A stretch of DNA of 64,000 bases from Ornithinimicrobium sp. (GTDB lineage: Bacteria; Actinomycetota; Actinomycetes; Actinomycetales; Dermatophilaceae), in contig JBARZG010000103.1 of NCBI GenBank assembly GCA_049649785.1, positions 2,243 through 66,242 on the forward strand, given 5' to 3'. How positions within the stretch are numbered: position 1 is the first letter of the stretch; the number at the start of each line of letters is the position of its first letter. The position numbers and the translations under genes are program-made. This document shows positions 1 through 9,578 of the stretch, one piece after another. The notes beneath the pieces are model-generated. The model worked only from the letters and a program-made list of their open reading frames with translations, searched no databases and was not told the DNA's origin.

Positions 1-909
1 CAGGTCGACCTCCGTACCGAGCTGTCCTGGTATGAGACCAAGCCGTTGTTCGGATGGCGAGTCGTGGTGCCTCGCACCAAAGATCAGGCTGGGACCATGG
101 TTGAGCAGTTGGCCACCTACGGCGCCTGCGCACAGGTCGTGCCCACGATCAGTGTGGAGCCGCCGCGCACTCCGCAGCAGATGGACAAGGCTATCCGCGG
201 CTTGGTCACGGGCCGGTATGAGTGGGTGGGGTTCACGTCGGTCAACGCCGTGCGTGCAGTGCGGGAGAAGTTCACCGCGCTCGGACTGGATGCTCGATCT
301 TTCTCCGGTTTGAAGATCGCCGCCGTCGGCGGGGTGACCGCCCAAGCGCTCCAGGATTGGGGCCTCGTTCCAGATCTGGTACCCAGCTCCGAGCAGTCCG
401 CCCGCGGTTTGTTGGAGGCCTGGCCGCCCTACGACGACGTGCTCGACCCGATCAACCGAATCTTGTTGCCGAGGGCAGACATTGCCACTGACACGCTGAT
501 CGCGGGCTTGATCGAGATGGGCTGGGAGGTGGACGACGTCACGGCCTATCGCACCGTGCGCGCAGCTCCACCGGCGCGAGAGGTCCGCGAATCCATCAAA
601 AGTGGGGCCTTCGATGCGGTCTGCTTCACGTCATCGTCGACAGTGCGGAACCTGATCGGGATCGCTGGCAAGCCACATCCGAACACCCTGGTCGGCTGTA
701 TCGGTCCGGCCACTGCGCGCACCGCCGAAGAGCACGGTCTGAACGTCGACGTCATCTCGCCAAGCCCTTCAGTTGATGCTCTGGTGGATGCGTTGGCCGA
801 CCACGTGGCCGGGCTGGCAGAGGCAGCCGCAGCCAATGGCCAAACCTTGGCGCGTCCGAGCCAACGTCGCGGGAGGGCAACACGACGAGTTGCGAAAGCT
901 CGAGCGTGA
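1..909 (+). CDS. hemD: uroporphyrinogen-III synthase domain, 5'-truncated by the window edge (probably the C-terminal half of a fused CobA/HemD protein)
   Basis: Frame 1 is open from base 1 (QVDLRTELSWYETKPLFGWRVVVPR...), so the listed ORF 46..909 is only the Met-initiated part. The sequence is HemD-like. hemB follows with a GTGA start/stop overlap at 906-909. Confidence 0.85.
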   Translation, partial: QVDLRTELSWYETKPLFGWRVVVPRTKDQAGTMVEQLATYGACAQVVPTISVEPPRTPQQMDKAIRGLVTGRYEWVGFTSVNAVRAVREKFTALGLDARSFSGLKIAAVGGVTAQALQDWGLVPDLVPSSEQSARGLLEAWPPYDDVLDPINRILLPRADIATDTLIAGLIEMGWEVDDVTAYRTVRAAPPAREVRESIKSGAFDAVCFTSSSTVRNLIGIAGKPHPNTLVGCIGPATARTAEEHGLNVDVISPSPSVDALVDALADHVAGLAEAAAANGQTLARPSQRRGRATRRVAKARA

Positions 910-1907
910 GCTGGGGCCATCCCATCCCTCGGCCTCGACGGCTGCGCACGACTCCCGCCATGCGCTCACTGGTCCGCGAGACCCGTCTGGACCCCGCTCA
1001 TCTGGTCTTGCCGATGTTCGTGGCCGAAGGGTTGACCGAACCCGTGCCGGTCACGTCGATGCCGGGGGTATATCGGCACACCCAGGAGTCGCTGTTGCGG
1101 GCAGCCGAGCAAGCGGTCAGGGTCGGGGTCGGTGGGCTGATGCTCTTCGGCGTCCCAGCCCGCAAAGACGCGGTCGGCAGCGCAGCCGATGACGAAGGCG
1201 GGGTGTTAAACCAGGCCCTGATCAGCGTGCGGGAAGAGGTGGGCGACGACACCGTCATCATGGCTGATCTGTGCCTCGATGAGTTCACCGACCACGGGCA
1301 TTGTGGCGTGCTCGGCAGCCGAGGTGAGATCGACAATGACGCCACGCTTGCACGGTATGCGCAGATCGCGTCGGCTCAGGCAGCCGCCGGAGCCCATGTG
1401 GTCGCTCTCTCCGGAATGATGGACGGGCAGGTCGCGGCGGTTCGTTCGGCCTTGGACACCGGCAACCGGTCCGATGTGGCGATCTTGGCCTACACAGCCA
1501 AGTACGCCTCGGCGTTCTACGGCCCGTTTCGAGAAGCGGTGCAGTCCACCCTCGTCGGTGACCGAGCGACATACCAGCAGGATGTGGCCAATCGGCGCGA
1601 AGCCACTCGGGAGTTGTCCTTGGACTTGGCCGAAGGCGCGGACATGGTCATGGTCAAGCCGGCCATGGCGTGTTTGGACATCGTGGCCGATGTCTCCGCA
1701 CGCAGCGACGTGCCGGTGGCGGCTTACCACGTCTCCGGGGAGTACGCGCAGATCGAGGCTGCCGTCGACCGGGGATGGTTGGAGCGGGAAGGGACGGTCC
1801 TGGAGTCGTTGCTCTCCATTCGGCGTGCCGGAGCCGACATCGTTCTGTCGTATTACGCCGACTATGCCGCCCGACTGCTGGGTCGGCAGGCAGCGCGCCG
1901 GTCATAA
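906..1907 (+). CDS. hemB: porphobilinogen synthase (delta-aminolevulinate dehydratase)
   Basis: 333 aa. N-terminus RPRRLRTTPAMRSLVRETRL and the overall sequence are typical HemB. Sits in a heme gene context. Confidence 0.95.
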   Translation: MSWGHPIPRPRRLRTTPAMRSLVRETRLDPAHLVLPMFVAEGLTEPVPVTSMPGVYRHTQESLLRAAEQAVRVGVGGLMLFGVPARKDAVGSAADDEGGVLNQALISVREEVGDDTVIMADLCLDEFTDHGHCGVLGSRGEIDNDATLARYAQIASAQAAAGAHVVALSGMMDGQVAAVRSALDTGNRSDVAILAYTAKYASAFYGPFREAVQSTLVGDRATYQQDVANRREATRELSLDLAEGADMVMVKPAMACLDIVADVSARSDVPVAAYHVSGEYAQIEAAVDRGWLEREGTVLESLLSIRRAGADIVLSYYADYAARLLGRQAARRS

Positions 1908-1945
1908 GCACGGTCCTGCGTCGAAGATCGGCCACACTGGTGAAC

Positions 1946-2443
1946 ATGGAGATCGAGACTGAGCGGGCGGCCGTTGACTGGCTCGATGACGACGAGCAGT
2001 TGGCGTGGCGTGCCTGGCTGCGCGGCTACCGGCTCGTGATGCAGGCCCTGGAGGACGGCTTGTCCGGCACCGGCCTGCGCCTGGGCGAATACGAAATCCT
2101 GGCGATGCTCAGTGAAGCCCCGGACCACGTCCTGCGAATGTCGGCGCTGGCGGACCTCGTCGTGCAATCGCGGAGCCGGCTCACCCATACCGCGAAGCGA
2201 CTGGAGGCAATGGGCTTGGCGCGGCGGGCCAAGTCCGTCAGCGATGGACGAGGGGTGGAGGTCGCCCTGACGCCGCAGGGGTATGAGTTGGTGCTGCGTG
2301 TGGCCCCGGTGCACCTCCGCACGGTGCGCGACACCTTCGTAGGACAGTTGTCGCGGGATGAGTTGCTCAGTTTGGGCGAGGGGATGCGGCGTTTGATCGT
2401 GACGCTGCGGACCCGCCCGGAGCAGGGGTCTGACGCCGTGTGA
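1946..2443 (+). CDS. MarR family transcriptional regulator
   Basis: Internal ATG at 1946 ([13 protein letters not shown]...) of ORF 1670..2443. Winged-helix MarR pattern ([13 protein letters not shown]...[27 protein letters not shown]). The upstream part of the ORF overlaps hemB and is R-rich. Confidence 0.8.
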   Translation: MEIETERAAVDWLDDDEQLAWRAWLRGYRLVMQALEDGLSGTGLRLGEYEILAMLSEAPDHVLRMSALADLVVQSRSRLTHTAKRLEAMGLARRAKSVSDGRGVEVALTPQGYELVLRVAPVHLRTVRDTFVGQLSRDELLSLGEGMRRLIVTLRTRPEQGSDAV

Positions 2444-2486
2444 CCGGGGCGGAGCGTCGGCTGGGGTCGATGTCAGACTTGGGGGC

Positions 2487-3803
2487 ATGTCTTCTTCACT
2501 CATCACCTCGACGCCGCGTTCGGCGGCTCTGATGGAGCAAGCGGAGCGCGTGATCCCCTCTGGGGTCAACTCTCCAGTCAGAGCTTTCCGATCGGTGGGG
2601 GGCACTGCTCGCTTCATTGACCACGCGCACGGGCCGTGGCTGACCGATGTCGATGGGCACCGGTATGTGGATCTGATCTGCTCGTGGGGGCCGATGATCT
2701 TGGGCCACGCCCACCCGGGCGTGCTCGAGGCCGTGCGGGAGGCGGCGGGCGCTGGGTTCTCGTTTGGAACCCCCACAGAGCGTGAGGTGGCGCTGGCGCA
2801 GGAGATCGCGGGACGGGTTGATCCGGTGGAGCAGGTCAGGTTGGTCAACTCCGGCACCGAGGCCACCATGAGCGCCGTTCGGTTGGCGCGGGGATACACC
2901 GGCCGGTCGGTCATCGTGAAGTTTGCCGGGTGCTACCACGGCCACGTCGATGCTCTGCTGGCGGCGGCCGGCTCGGGTCTGGCGACGTTCGCCTTGCCGG
3001 ATTCTGCCGGGGTGCCGCCGTCGGCTGCAGCCGAGACCATCGTCCTGCCGTACAACGATGTCGATGCGCTCCAGGCGGCGTTTGCTGAGCATGGAGACCG
3101 GATCGCTGCGGTGATCACCGAGGCCGCGGCCGGCAACATGGGCGTGGTGCCACCGGAGCCCGGATTTACCGACGCGCTGCTGCGAGTTGCCCATGCTCAT
3201 GGAGCGTTAGTCATCTCCGATGAGGTGATGACCGGGTTTAGGTGTAGCGCGGCGGGATGGTACGGCCTCGAGGGGCCATATGAGCACGGCAGTCCCGACC
3301 TGTTCACGTTCGGCAAGGTGATGGGAGGCGGGTTCCCGGTGGCCGCGTTCGGTGGCCGACAAGAGGTGATGGCGATGCTTGCCCCGCAGGGTCCGGTCTA
3401 TCAAGCGGGCACCTTGTCCGGCAATCCGATCGCGAGCGCGGCCGGTCTGGCAACCCTGCAGCACTGCACCCCCGAGGTCTATCTGCGCATCACTGCGGTC
3501 GCCGAAGCGTTGGCCGATGCGGTGCACCGCGCATTCGGCAAGCACGGCATCGAGCACCGAATCCAATGGGCCGGATCGATGTTCAGCGTCTTCTTCAGGC
3601 AGGGTCAGGTGCGCAATTTTGCCGATGCCAGCGCCCAGGATGCCGACCGGTATGCCGCGTTCTTCCACCAGATGCTGCAGCGCGGGGTCCACCTGCCGCC
3701 GAGTTGCTATGAGTCGTGGTTTGTCAGCGCCAGTCATGACGATGCCGCGGTCAACCACATCATTGACGCCATTGATGCCAGTGCCGCTGCGATCGCTCAG
3801 TGA
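2487..3803 (+). CDS. hemL: glutamate-1-semialdehyde 2,1-aminomutase
   Basis: 438 aa with typical HemL sequence ([16 protein letters not shown]..., class III aminotransferase). Confidence 0.95.
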   Translation: MSSSLITSTPRSAALMEQAERVIPSGVNSPVRAFRSVGGTARFIDHAHGPWLTDVDGHRYVDLICSWGPMILGHAHPGVLEAVREAAGAGFSFGTPTEREVALAQEIAGRVDPVEQVRLVNSGTEATMSAVRLARGYTGRSVIVKFAGCYHGHVDALLAAAGSGLATFALPDSAGVPPSAAAETIVLPYNDVDALQAAFAEHGDRIAAVITEAAAGNMGVVPPEPGFTDALLRVAHAHGALVISDEVMTGFRCSAAGWYGLEGPYEHGSPDLFTFGKVMGGGFPVAAFGGRQEVMAMLAPQGPVYQAGTLSGNPIASAAGLATLQHCTPEVYLRITAVAEALADAVHRAFGKHGIEHRIQWAGSMFSVFFRQGQVRNFADASAQDADRYAAFFHQMLQRGVHLPPSCYESWFVSASHDDAAVNHIIDAIDASAAAIAQ

Positions 3804-4471
3804 GCCGTGAAACACTTGAGCCTATGACTTCCGATGCTGCGACCACGATGGTCCACGTCGTGCGACACGGCGAGGTCTACAACCCTGGCGGGGTCCTTTA
3901 CGGGCGCCTGCCGGATTTCCATCTGTCCGACCTGGGTGTCGAGATGGCGGGGCTTACCGCCGACTACCTGGCCGATGCCGACGTGCGCTACATCGCCTCG
4001 TCGCCGCTGGATCGGGCCCAAGAGACCGCGGCACCGATCGTGGCACGTCATGACGTGCCGTTGGCTACGGACGTCCGGCTGATCGAGGCCGAAAACCACT
4101 TCGAAGGCACCACCATTGCCAGCGGCGGCGTGCTCCGCCGACCCGAGCATTGGCGCTACCTCATCAATCCGTTCGCACCCAGCTGGGGCGAGCCCTACCG
4201 CCAGATCGCGACCCGGATGTTGGCGGCGCTGACCACGGCACGCCAACATGCGCGCGGCGGTGAGGCGGTGCTGGTTTCGCACCAGTTGCCGGTCTGGACC
4301 GTGCGTCAACGCCTGGAGGGCAAACGTCTGTGGCACGACCCGCGTCAGCGTGAGTGCAGCCTGGCGTCGGTGACCTCGGTGCGCTATGACGGCGATGATC
4401 CGGTCGAGGTGACGTATGCCGAGCCGGCCGGCCACCTGCTGGCGCAGGCCCAGCCCGGGGCGGGGGCATGA
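3800..4471 (+). CDS. histidine phosphatase (phosphoglycerate mutase-like) family protein
   Basis: RHG motif ([12 protein letters not shown]). GTGA overlap with the hemL stop. The start could instead be the ATG at 3824. Confidence 0.8.
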   Translation: MSRETLEPMTSDAATTMVHVVRHGEVYNPGGVLYGRLPDFHLSDLGVEMAGLTADYLADADVRYIASSPLDRAQETAAPIVARHDVPLATDVRLIEAENHFEGTTIASGGVLRRPEHWRYLINPFAPSWGEPYRQIATRMLAALTTARQHARGGEAVLVSHQLPVWTVRQRLEGKRLWHDPRQRECSLASVTSVRYDGDDPVEVTYAEPAGHLLAQAQPGAGA

Positions 4472-5052
4472 AGGGTGTCGTCGCGATGCTGGGGGCGGTC
4501 TCGCTGTCATCGGTGCTGCTCAGCGGTTGCAGCGGGGACAACACGATTGCCGAACAAGCCCGCGAAGGCAATGAGAAGAACTACATTGCCGGGGACGGCA
4601 CGGTGACGGCGGTCGGCCCTGGGCAACGTGAGACCGAGATGGAGCTGACCGGGACAACGCTAGAAGCAGAGCCCTGGTCTTCGACTGACGCGATAGGCGA
4701 GGTATTGGTGATCAACGTATGGGGGTCGTGGTGCGCGCCGTGCATCGCCGAGGCGCCTGACCTCAACGAGGTGTACGCACACTTCGAGGAGGCCGACCAA
4801 CCGGTCGAGTTCATCGGTGTGAATGTTCGCGACAGCGTCCCTACCGCACTCGCCTTTCAGAAGGCCAAAGACGTGCCCTACCCCTCATTAGAAGATGACG
4901 GCGGAGCCACGCTGATCGATCTGCAGGGCTTGGCCAACGCCCGACCGAGCACGCTGGTGCTCGACCGGGACGGAATGGTGGCAGCGCGGGTGCTGGGTCA
5001 GGTTGACGCGAGCACGTTGCGGACCCTTGTGCAGGACGTGCTTGATGAATGA
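4468..5052 (+). CDS. resA: TlpA/ResA-type thiol-disulfide oxidoreductase, lipoprotein
   Basis: Lipobox LLSGC, thioredoxin motif WGSWCAPC, ATGA overlap with the previous gene, followed by ccdA-resB-ccsB. Confidence 0.8.
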   Translation: MKGVVAMLGAVSLSSVLLSGCSGDNTIAEQAREGNEKNYIAGDGTVTAVGPGQRETEMELTGTTLEAEPWSSTDAIGEVLVINVWGSWCAPCIAEAPDLNEVYAHFEEADQPVEFIGVNVRDSVPTALAFQKAKDVPYPSLEDDGGATLIDLQGLANARPSTLVLDRDGMVAARVLGQVDASTLRTLVQDVLDE

Positions 5053-5091
5053 CGTCGCTGCCGATGAGCCCGGCCGGTAGGGGCGAGCCGG

Positions 5092-5832
5092 GTGAGTGAA
5101 CTGGTGCTCAACGGCCCGCTGCTCGCGGCTTTGGCCATCGCACTCACGGCCGGTGTGGTGTCGTTTGCCTCACCCTGTGTGCTGCCGTTGGTGCCTGGGT
5201 TTTTAGGCTACGTGAGCGGTATGACTCCCGATGAGAACGGCAGCGGCAGGGTACGGATGGTGCTCGGCGCGTTCGGCTTCGTTGCCGGGTTCAGCGTGGT
5301 GTTCATCGCCATGAGTGTCGTGGTCTCCTCGCTGGGGGCATCGCTGATCGAACACCAGCAACTGCTGTTGCGGATCGGTGGAGTGATGGTCTTGGCGCTC
5401 GGCGTGTTCATGCTGACCGCTACCAGCGGGCAGGGCTGGCAACCGCGATGGCGGCCTGCCGCCGGACTGGCCGGAGCACCCGCCCTCGGAGTGGTCTTCG
5501 GGCTGGGCTTCACCGCATGCACTGGCCCGGCGTTGGCTGCGATCCAGACGCTGGGCGCCACGCTGGCTCCGCAAGACGGTGTCTCGTCGCGAGCGCTGGC
5601 GTTGGCATTGGCGTACTGCCTGGGGTTGGGATTGCCGTTCATCGCCATCGCTGCGGGGGCGGGCTGGGTCGCTGGTGCCTCGCGCAGCCTGCGCTCGCAT
5701 CACGACGCGATCCAGCGAGTCTCCGGCGTGGTGTTGGTCGTGCTCGGTGTGCTCCTGATCAGCGGAGTGTGGGAGACGCTGACCGCCTGGATCCAAACGC
5801 AACTGGTTGCCTCGTTCGAAACGCCGCTGTGA
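5092..5832 (+). CDS. ccdA: cytochrome c biogenesis protein CcdA (thiol-disulfide transporter)
   Basis: 246-aa polytopic membrane protein with conserved Cys in TM1 (FASPCVLPLVPGF) and a second Cys (FTACTGP). Confidence 0.85.
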   Translation: MSELVLNGPLLAALAIALTAGVVSFASPCVLPLVPGFLGYVSGMTPDENGSGRVRMVLGAFGFVAGFSVVFIAMSVVVSSLGASLIEHQQLLLRIGGVMVLALGVFMLTATSGQGWQPRWRPAAGLAGAPALGVVFGLGFTACTGPALAAIQTLGATLAPQDGVSSRALALALAYCLGLGLPFIAIAAGAGWVAGASRSLRSHHDAIQRVSGVVLVVLGVLLISGVWETLTAWIQTQLVASFETPL

Positions 5833-5892
5833 TGACGATGGCACTGTGATGACGATGGCCCTGATGATGATGGCCCGCTGATGGCGACTGAC
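5827..5892 (+). repeat. 17-bp tandem repeat (about 3.8 copies) at the ccdA/resB junction
   Basis: ctgtgatgacgatggca / ctgtgatgacgatggcc / ctgatgatgatggcccg / ctgatggcgactgac. Each unit carries a TGATG stop/start overlap. Confidence 0.85.
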
Positions 5893-7524
5893 ACCAAGGT
5901 TGATGTGCAGGCACCGATTGCTCAGCCGCGGCTCGGCCCGCTCGGCTGGGCACGGTGGGTGTGGAGACAACTCACGAGTATGCGCACGGCATTGCTGCTG
6001 TTGCTGCTCTTGGCCGTTGCGGCGGTCCCTGGCTCGATCTGGCCGCAACGCAGTGTCGATCCGGCGCTGGTGTCGGCATACCTGCGCAACAACCCCGGCA
6101 TCGGGCCTTGGTTGGACCGATTCCAGATGTTCGACGTGTTCTCCTCGCCCTGGTTCGCCTCCATCTACCTGTTGTTGATGGTCTCGCTGATCGGGTGTTT
6201 GATGCCGCGCAGTCGCTCACACCTCTCGGCGATGCGGGCCCAACCGCCCGCCGCGCCGACACGGCTGGACCGACTGCCCGCATACACCAGTGTTGAGATC
6301 GAGGCCGGGTCACTGGAGGAGGATGAGCAGGCGGGACGCGACCGAGTCGCCGAGGTGGCCCGATCGGTGCTGCGAAGCCATCGCTACCGGGTTCGCACGG
6401 AGCCCTCGCGACAGAAGGGCGACATCGCCGCCGAGACCGGCTACCTCAAGGAGACCGGCAATCTGATCTTCCACGTCGCTCTGCTCTCAGTGATCATTTC
6501 GGTCGCGGTCGGCCATCTCTGGGGGTGGCGCGGCGAGGTGATCTTGCCCGAAGGGGCCACCTTCACCTCATCGGCTGCCCAGTACGACACCCTGGCACCG
6601 GGCCCGTGGGTGGACGAGAACGCGCTCGAGCCGTTCGCGCTGCGCCTGGACGAGATGACCGTGTCGTTCGAGACCGAAGCCGGTGGTGCCCAGTTCGGGG
6701 CTCCGCGAGAGTTCTCCGCCCAGGTCGAGACAGCCGAGCCGGTAGGGACAGAACCGGAGCGGCAGCGCCTTGCCGTCAACGACCCGGTGCATTTGTCCGG
6801 AGTGTCCGTGTACCTGCTGGGCAATGGCTATGCCCCAGTGGTGACGGTGCGCGACGCGGCCGGGGAGGTGCTGTTCTCCGACGCGGTGCCGTTCTTGCCG
6901 CAGGATGACAACTACACCTCGACCGGAGCGGTCAAGATCTCCGGTGCCGACCCCGAACTCGGTCTCTACGGCGCCTTCTTGCCGACGGCCCGGTTCGACG
7001 AGGACCGTGGGCCGACCTCCGATTTCCCCGATCTGGTCAACCCTCAGTTGGCGATCGGAGTCTTTGAGGGTGAACTCTTCCCTGGCGGGGCCCCTCAATC
7101 GGTCTACGTCCTGGACACCGCTGGAATGGAGCCGGTGCCCGACGCCGATGGCGAAGCCACCCGGCTGTTGCTCCAACCAGGACAGTCCATCGAGCTACCT
7201 GGCGAGCGGGGCAGCGTCACCCTGGAGGGCGTCGTGCGCTGGAGTGGTCTGGTGATGCGTCACGACCCGGGCCGGTTGCCGGTGTTGATCAGCTCGATCG
7301 CGGTCCTGGTAGGTCTGGTGATGATGCTGGCCGTGCGCCGCCGCCGAGTGTTCGTGCGGATAGTCCAGCGCCAGGGGCAGGGTGAGCGTCTCGGCGACGA
7401 TGCGCACCGGCATACTGGAGTGCAGGTCGCGGGTCTGGTCAAGGGCAGTGACCCGGCGTTGCAAGAGTTGGTCGAGCGCATCGCAGATCAGATCAAAGAC
7501 GAAGTCGAAGGAAGGCAGCGATGA
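5881..7524 (+). CDS. resB: cytochrome c biogenesis protein ResB (Ccs1)
   Basis: 547 aa. N-terminal TM helices followed by a large extracytoplasmic domain. Conserved resA-ccdA-resB-ccsB order. Confidence 0.85.
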   Translation: MATDTKVDVQAPIAQPRLGPLGWARWVWRQLTSMRTALLLLLLLAVAAVPGSIWPQRSVDPALVSAYLRNNPGIGPWLDRFQMFDVFSSPWFASIYLLLMVSLIGCLMPRSRSHLSAMRAQPPAAPTRLDRLPAYTSVEIEAGSLEEDEQAGRDRVAEVARSVLRSHRYRVRTEPSRQKGDIAAETGYLKETGNLIFHVALLSVIISVAVGHLWGWRGEVILPEGATFTSSAAQYDTLAPGPWVDENALEPFALRLDEMTVSFETEAGGAQFGAPREFSAQVETAEPVGTEPERQRLAVNDPVHLSGVSVYLLGNGYAPVVTVRDAAGEVLFSDAVPFLPQDDNYTSTGAVKISGADPELGLYGAFLPTARFDEDRGPTSDFPDLVNPQLAIGVFEGELFPGGAPQSVYVLDTAGMEPVPDADGEATRLLLQPGQSIELPGERGSVTLEGVVRWSGLVMRHDPGRLPVLISSIAVLVGLVMMLAVRRRRVFVRIVQRQGQGERLGDDAHRHTGVQVAGLVKGSDPALQELVERIADQIKDEVEGRQR

Positions 7525-8528
7525 GGAACGAGACACTGGCCGCCGCGTCGGATATTGGCGTCTGGGCGGCGATGGGTGTGCTCGCCCTGGCGATGGTCGC
7601 GTTCGCGGCTCATTTGGCCGTGCAGACCGCCGCCGCCAAGCCCCGGGCACGCGCCGTGTCGGTAGCCGTGGGGGCAGCCGAGCCGGCGAATAGTGGGCGG
7701 GCCGATGACCATGGAGCCGCCGCTGCGGTTTTTCCTGACGCCGCTCCTGCTGGCGAGACACCGTCGCGACGCTGGGGCGTGATCGGCCTGCAACTGACGT
7801 TGGTGGCGACCGTGCTGCTGGTGACCGCAACCGCTATGCGCGGGTTGTCCGTGCAGCGTGCTCCGCTGGGAAACATGTATGAGTTCGCGCTCGCCGCATC
7901 GTGCTTCGCGTTGGTCATCTACTCCGGCTGGAGCTTGCGGCGCGACCTGCTCTGGCTGGGGCTTTTCGTGGTGGCGCCGGTGCTGCTCATCCTCGGCTTC
8001 GCCCGGGGCGCTTGGTACACCGAGGCCAGCGCACTATTGCCCTCGCTGAACAGCATCTGGCTCGTCATTCACGTCACCGTGGCTACGCTCACCGTGGGCC
8101 TGTTCGTGATCGGCTTCGCGGTGGCCGTGCTCTACCTGTTGCAGGACCGTCGGGAACAACGCGCAAATCAGGCTGGCGCGCCTGTTCAGGGTCGATCCTG
8201 GCTCGCAGCATTGCCGCGCGGCGAGGTACTAGAGCGGCTGACGTACGGGATACACGTGGTGGCCTTCCCGCTGTGGACCTTCACGCTGATCGCCGGCGCG
8301 ATCTGGGCCGAGCAAGCCTGGGGGCGATATTGGGGCTGGGACCCCAAGGAGGTCTGGACCTTCGTGATCTTCGTGGTGTACGCGGCATACCTGCACGCAC
8401 GGGCCACGACCGGATGGACGACCCGTAAAGCCACCTGGTTGGCTGTTGCCGGCTTCGGATGCGTCGTGGTGAACTACGCCGTGGTCAACGTCTATTTCGC
8501 CGGCTTGCATTCCTACTCGGGGCTCTAG
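7521..8528 (+). CDS. ccsB: c-type cytochrome biogenesis protein CcsB (ResC)
   Basis: 335-aa polytopic protein with a Trp-rich heme-handling motif (AIWAEQAWGRYWGWDPKEVW). ATGA overlap with resB. Confidence 0.9.
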   Translation: MRNETLAAASDIGVWAAMGVLALAMVAFAAHLAVQTAAAKPRARAVSVAVGAAEPANSGRADDHGAAAAVFPDAAPAGETPSRRWGVIGLQLTLVATVLLVTATAMRGLSVQRAPLGNMYEFALAASCFALVIYSGWSLRRDLLWLGLFVVAPVLLILGFARGAWYTEASALLPSLNSIWLVIHVTVATLTVGLFVIGFAVAVLYLLQDRREQRANQAGAPVQGRSWLAALPRGEVLERLTYGIHVVAFPLWTFTLIAGAIWAEQAWGRYWGWDPKEVWTFVIFVVYAAYLHARATTGWTTRKATWLAVAGFGCVVVNYAVVNVYFAGLHSYSGL

Positions 8529-8532
8529 GCCG

Positions 8533-8808
8533 ATGTTGCGCTACACAGTGTTGCGGCTGTTGGTCTTCTTCGTCTTCACCTTGGCCTTTGTGTGGGTGGG
8601 CGTTCCAGGCCTGTGGGCCGTGGTGTTTGGCGCGCTGTTCTCGATGGTGACCTCGCTGTTCCTGCTTCGACGGCAGCGAGACCAAATGGCCCAGGACGTT
8701 GTCGCCCGGATAGATCGAGGCCGGAGCAGGCGGGCCGAGAAAATCGCAGCGCAGCGCTCCGACGAAGACGAAGAAGACGGCGAAGTTGAGGGCAACCGAG
8801 CCCCGTGA
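8533..8808 (+). CDS. small two-TM membrane protein (DUF4229-like)
   Basis: 91 aa. Two TM helices followed by LLRRQRD and an acidic tail. Commonly follows ccsB in actinobacteria. Confidence 0.6.
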   Translation: MLRYTVLRLLVFFVFTLAFVWVGVPGLWAVVFGALFSMVTSLFLLRRQRDQMAQDVVARIDRGRSRRAEKIAAQRSDEDEEDGEVEGNRAP

Positions 8809-8877
8809 GGCCAGTGTGGAGCGTATAGGTAGGTCGTCGGATGAGGTGAGCGAAGGATGACACGTCGTGCTCGTCTG

Positions 8878-9216
8878 CTACTCGACGACTGGTTTGCGGT
8901 CCAGTTCGAGAATCATTGTTAGCGCCATGTCGACCTGATCCATGGTCGCTTCGTCGACTTCGCCGAGTCGGCGCACAAAGCGCGAGCGGACGATAGCTCG
9001 CACCGCCCTGCATACGGCACGGCTCGGTCGTTCAACCCCGGCGTCCGGGGTGACCACGATGCGAAGTGCCGATGGGGCCAGCGAACTCGACAACGGGACT
9101 ACGACGATCAACTCATCCGATACACCGTTGATGAGCTCGTTGGCCGATACCACCACCGCCGGACGGGTTTTGCCTGGCTCGCCAGATCGTCCTGCACCCA
9201 ACTCGACGAGCCACAC
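8878..9216 (-). CDS. mazF: type II toxin, MazF/PemK family endoribonuclease
   Basis: C-terminal 112 codons of the run-through ORF 8878..9831. GTG at 9216 (VWLVELGAGRSGEPGKTRPAVVVSANELIN...VVVPLSSS). Antitoxin gene lies 19 nt upstream. Confidence 0.8.
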   Translation of the reverse strand: MWLVELGAGRSGEPGKTRPAVVVSANELINGVSDELIVVVPLSSSLAPSALRIVVTPDAGVERPSRAVCRAVRAIVRSRFVRRLGEVDEATMDQVDMALTMILELDRKPVVE

Positions 9217-9235
9217 TTCTCGGCGGCGAGGTGTC

Positions 9236-9472
9236 CTAGTCAAGGCCGTCGGCGAGAGTCGACTCCCAGTCCCGAATCTCGAGCTGCGCATCGGGATTCT
9301 GCACGTCGATTCGGCTCGCAGTGGCCTCGGAACGCCAGATAGCTTCGCGCCGCCGTTCCTCGGCGATCTCTGAGAGCAGCGCGGCCAGCGACATGCCGCG
9401 CTCGCGGGCCTGGGCAGCGAGCAAGTCGCGCGTCGAGCGCGCCACTCTGATGGTACTTGTTTGGCTTGCCAT
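9236..9472 (-). CDS. ribbon-helix-helix type II antitoxin (MazE-like)
   Basis: 78 aa. N-terminal RHH-like segment (STIRVARSTRDLLAAQARERGMSLAALLSEI). Directly upstream of mazF. Confidence 0.7.
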   Translation of the reverse strand: MASQTSTIRVARSTRDLLAAQARERGMSLAALLSEIAEERRREAIWRSEATASRIDVQNPDAQLEIRDWESTLADGLD

Positions 9473-9578
9473 CGCTTAAGTGTAGCGCCATTTCGTAGCG
9501 ACAAAGCACGTCCACAAGGCCGAGAACGAACCAGGTATGTGCGGCACGCATCGACCCACCCTGACGCAGTCCGGCGAG

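Noticed and set aside
1862-2914. 350-aa minus-strand ORF and similar long antisense or off-frame ORFs (for example 5203..6048, 21983..23176, 22041..22979 upstream part, 46470..47450, 48127..49263, 29298..30206, 59495..60241)
   Set aside because: All overlap strongly recognisable genes on the other strand or in another frame. All have the Arg/Pro/Gly/Ala-biased composition expected from non-coding frames of GC-rich DNA.
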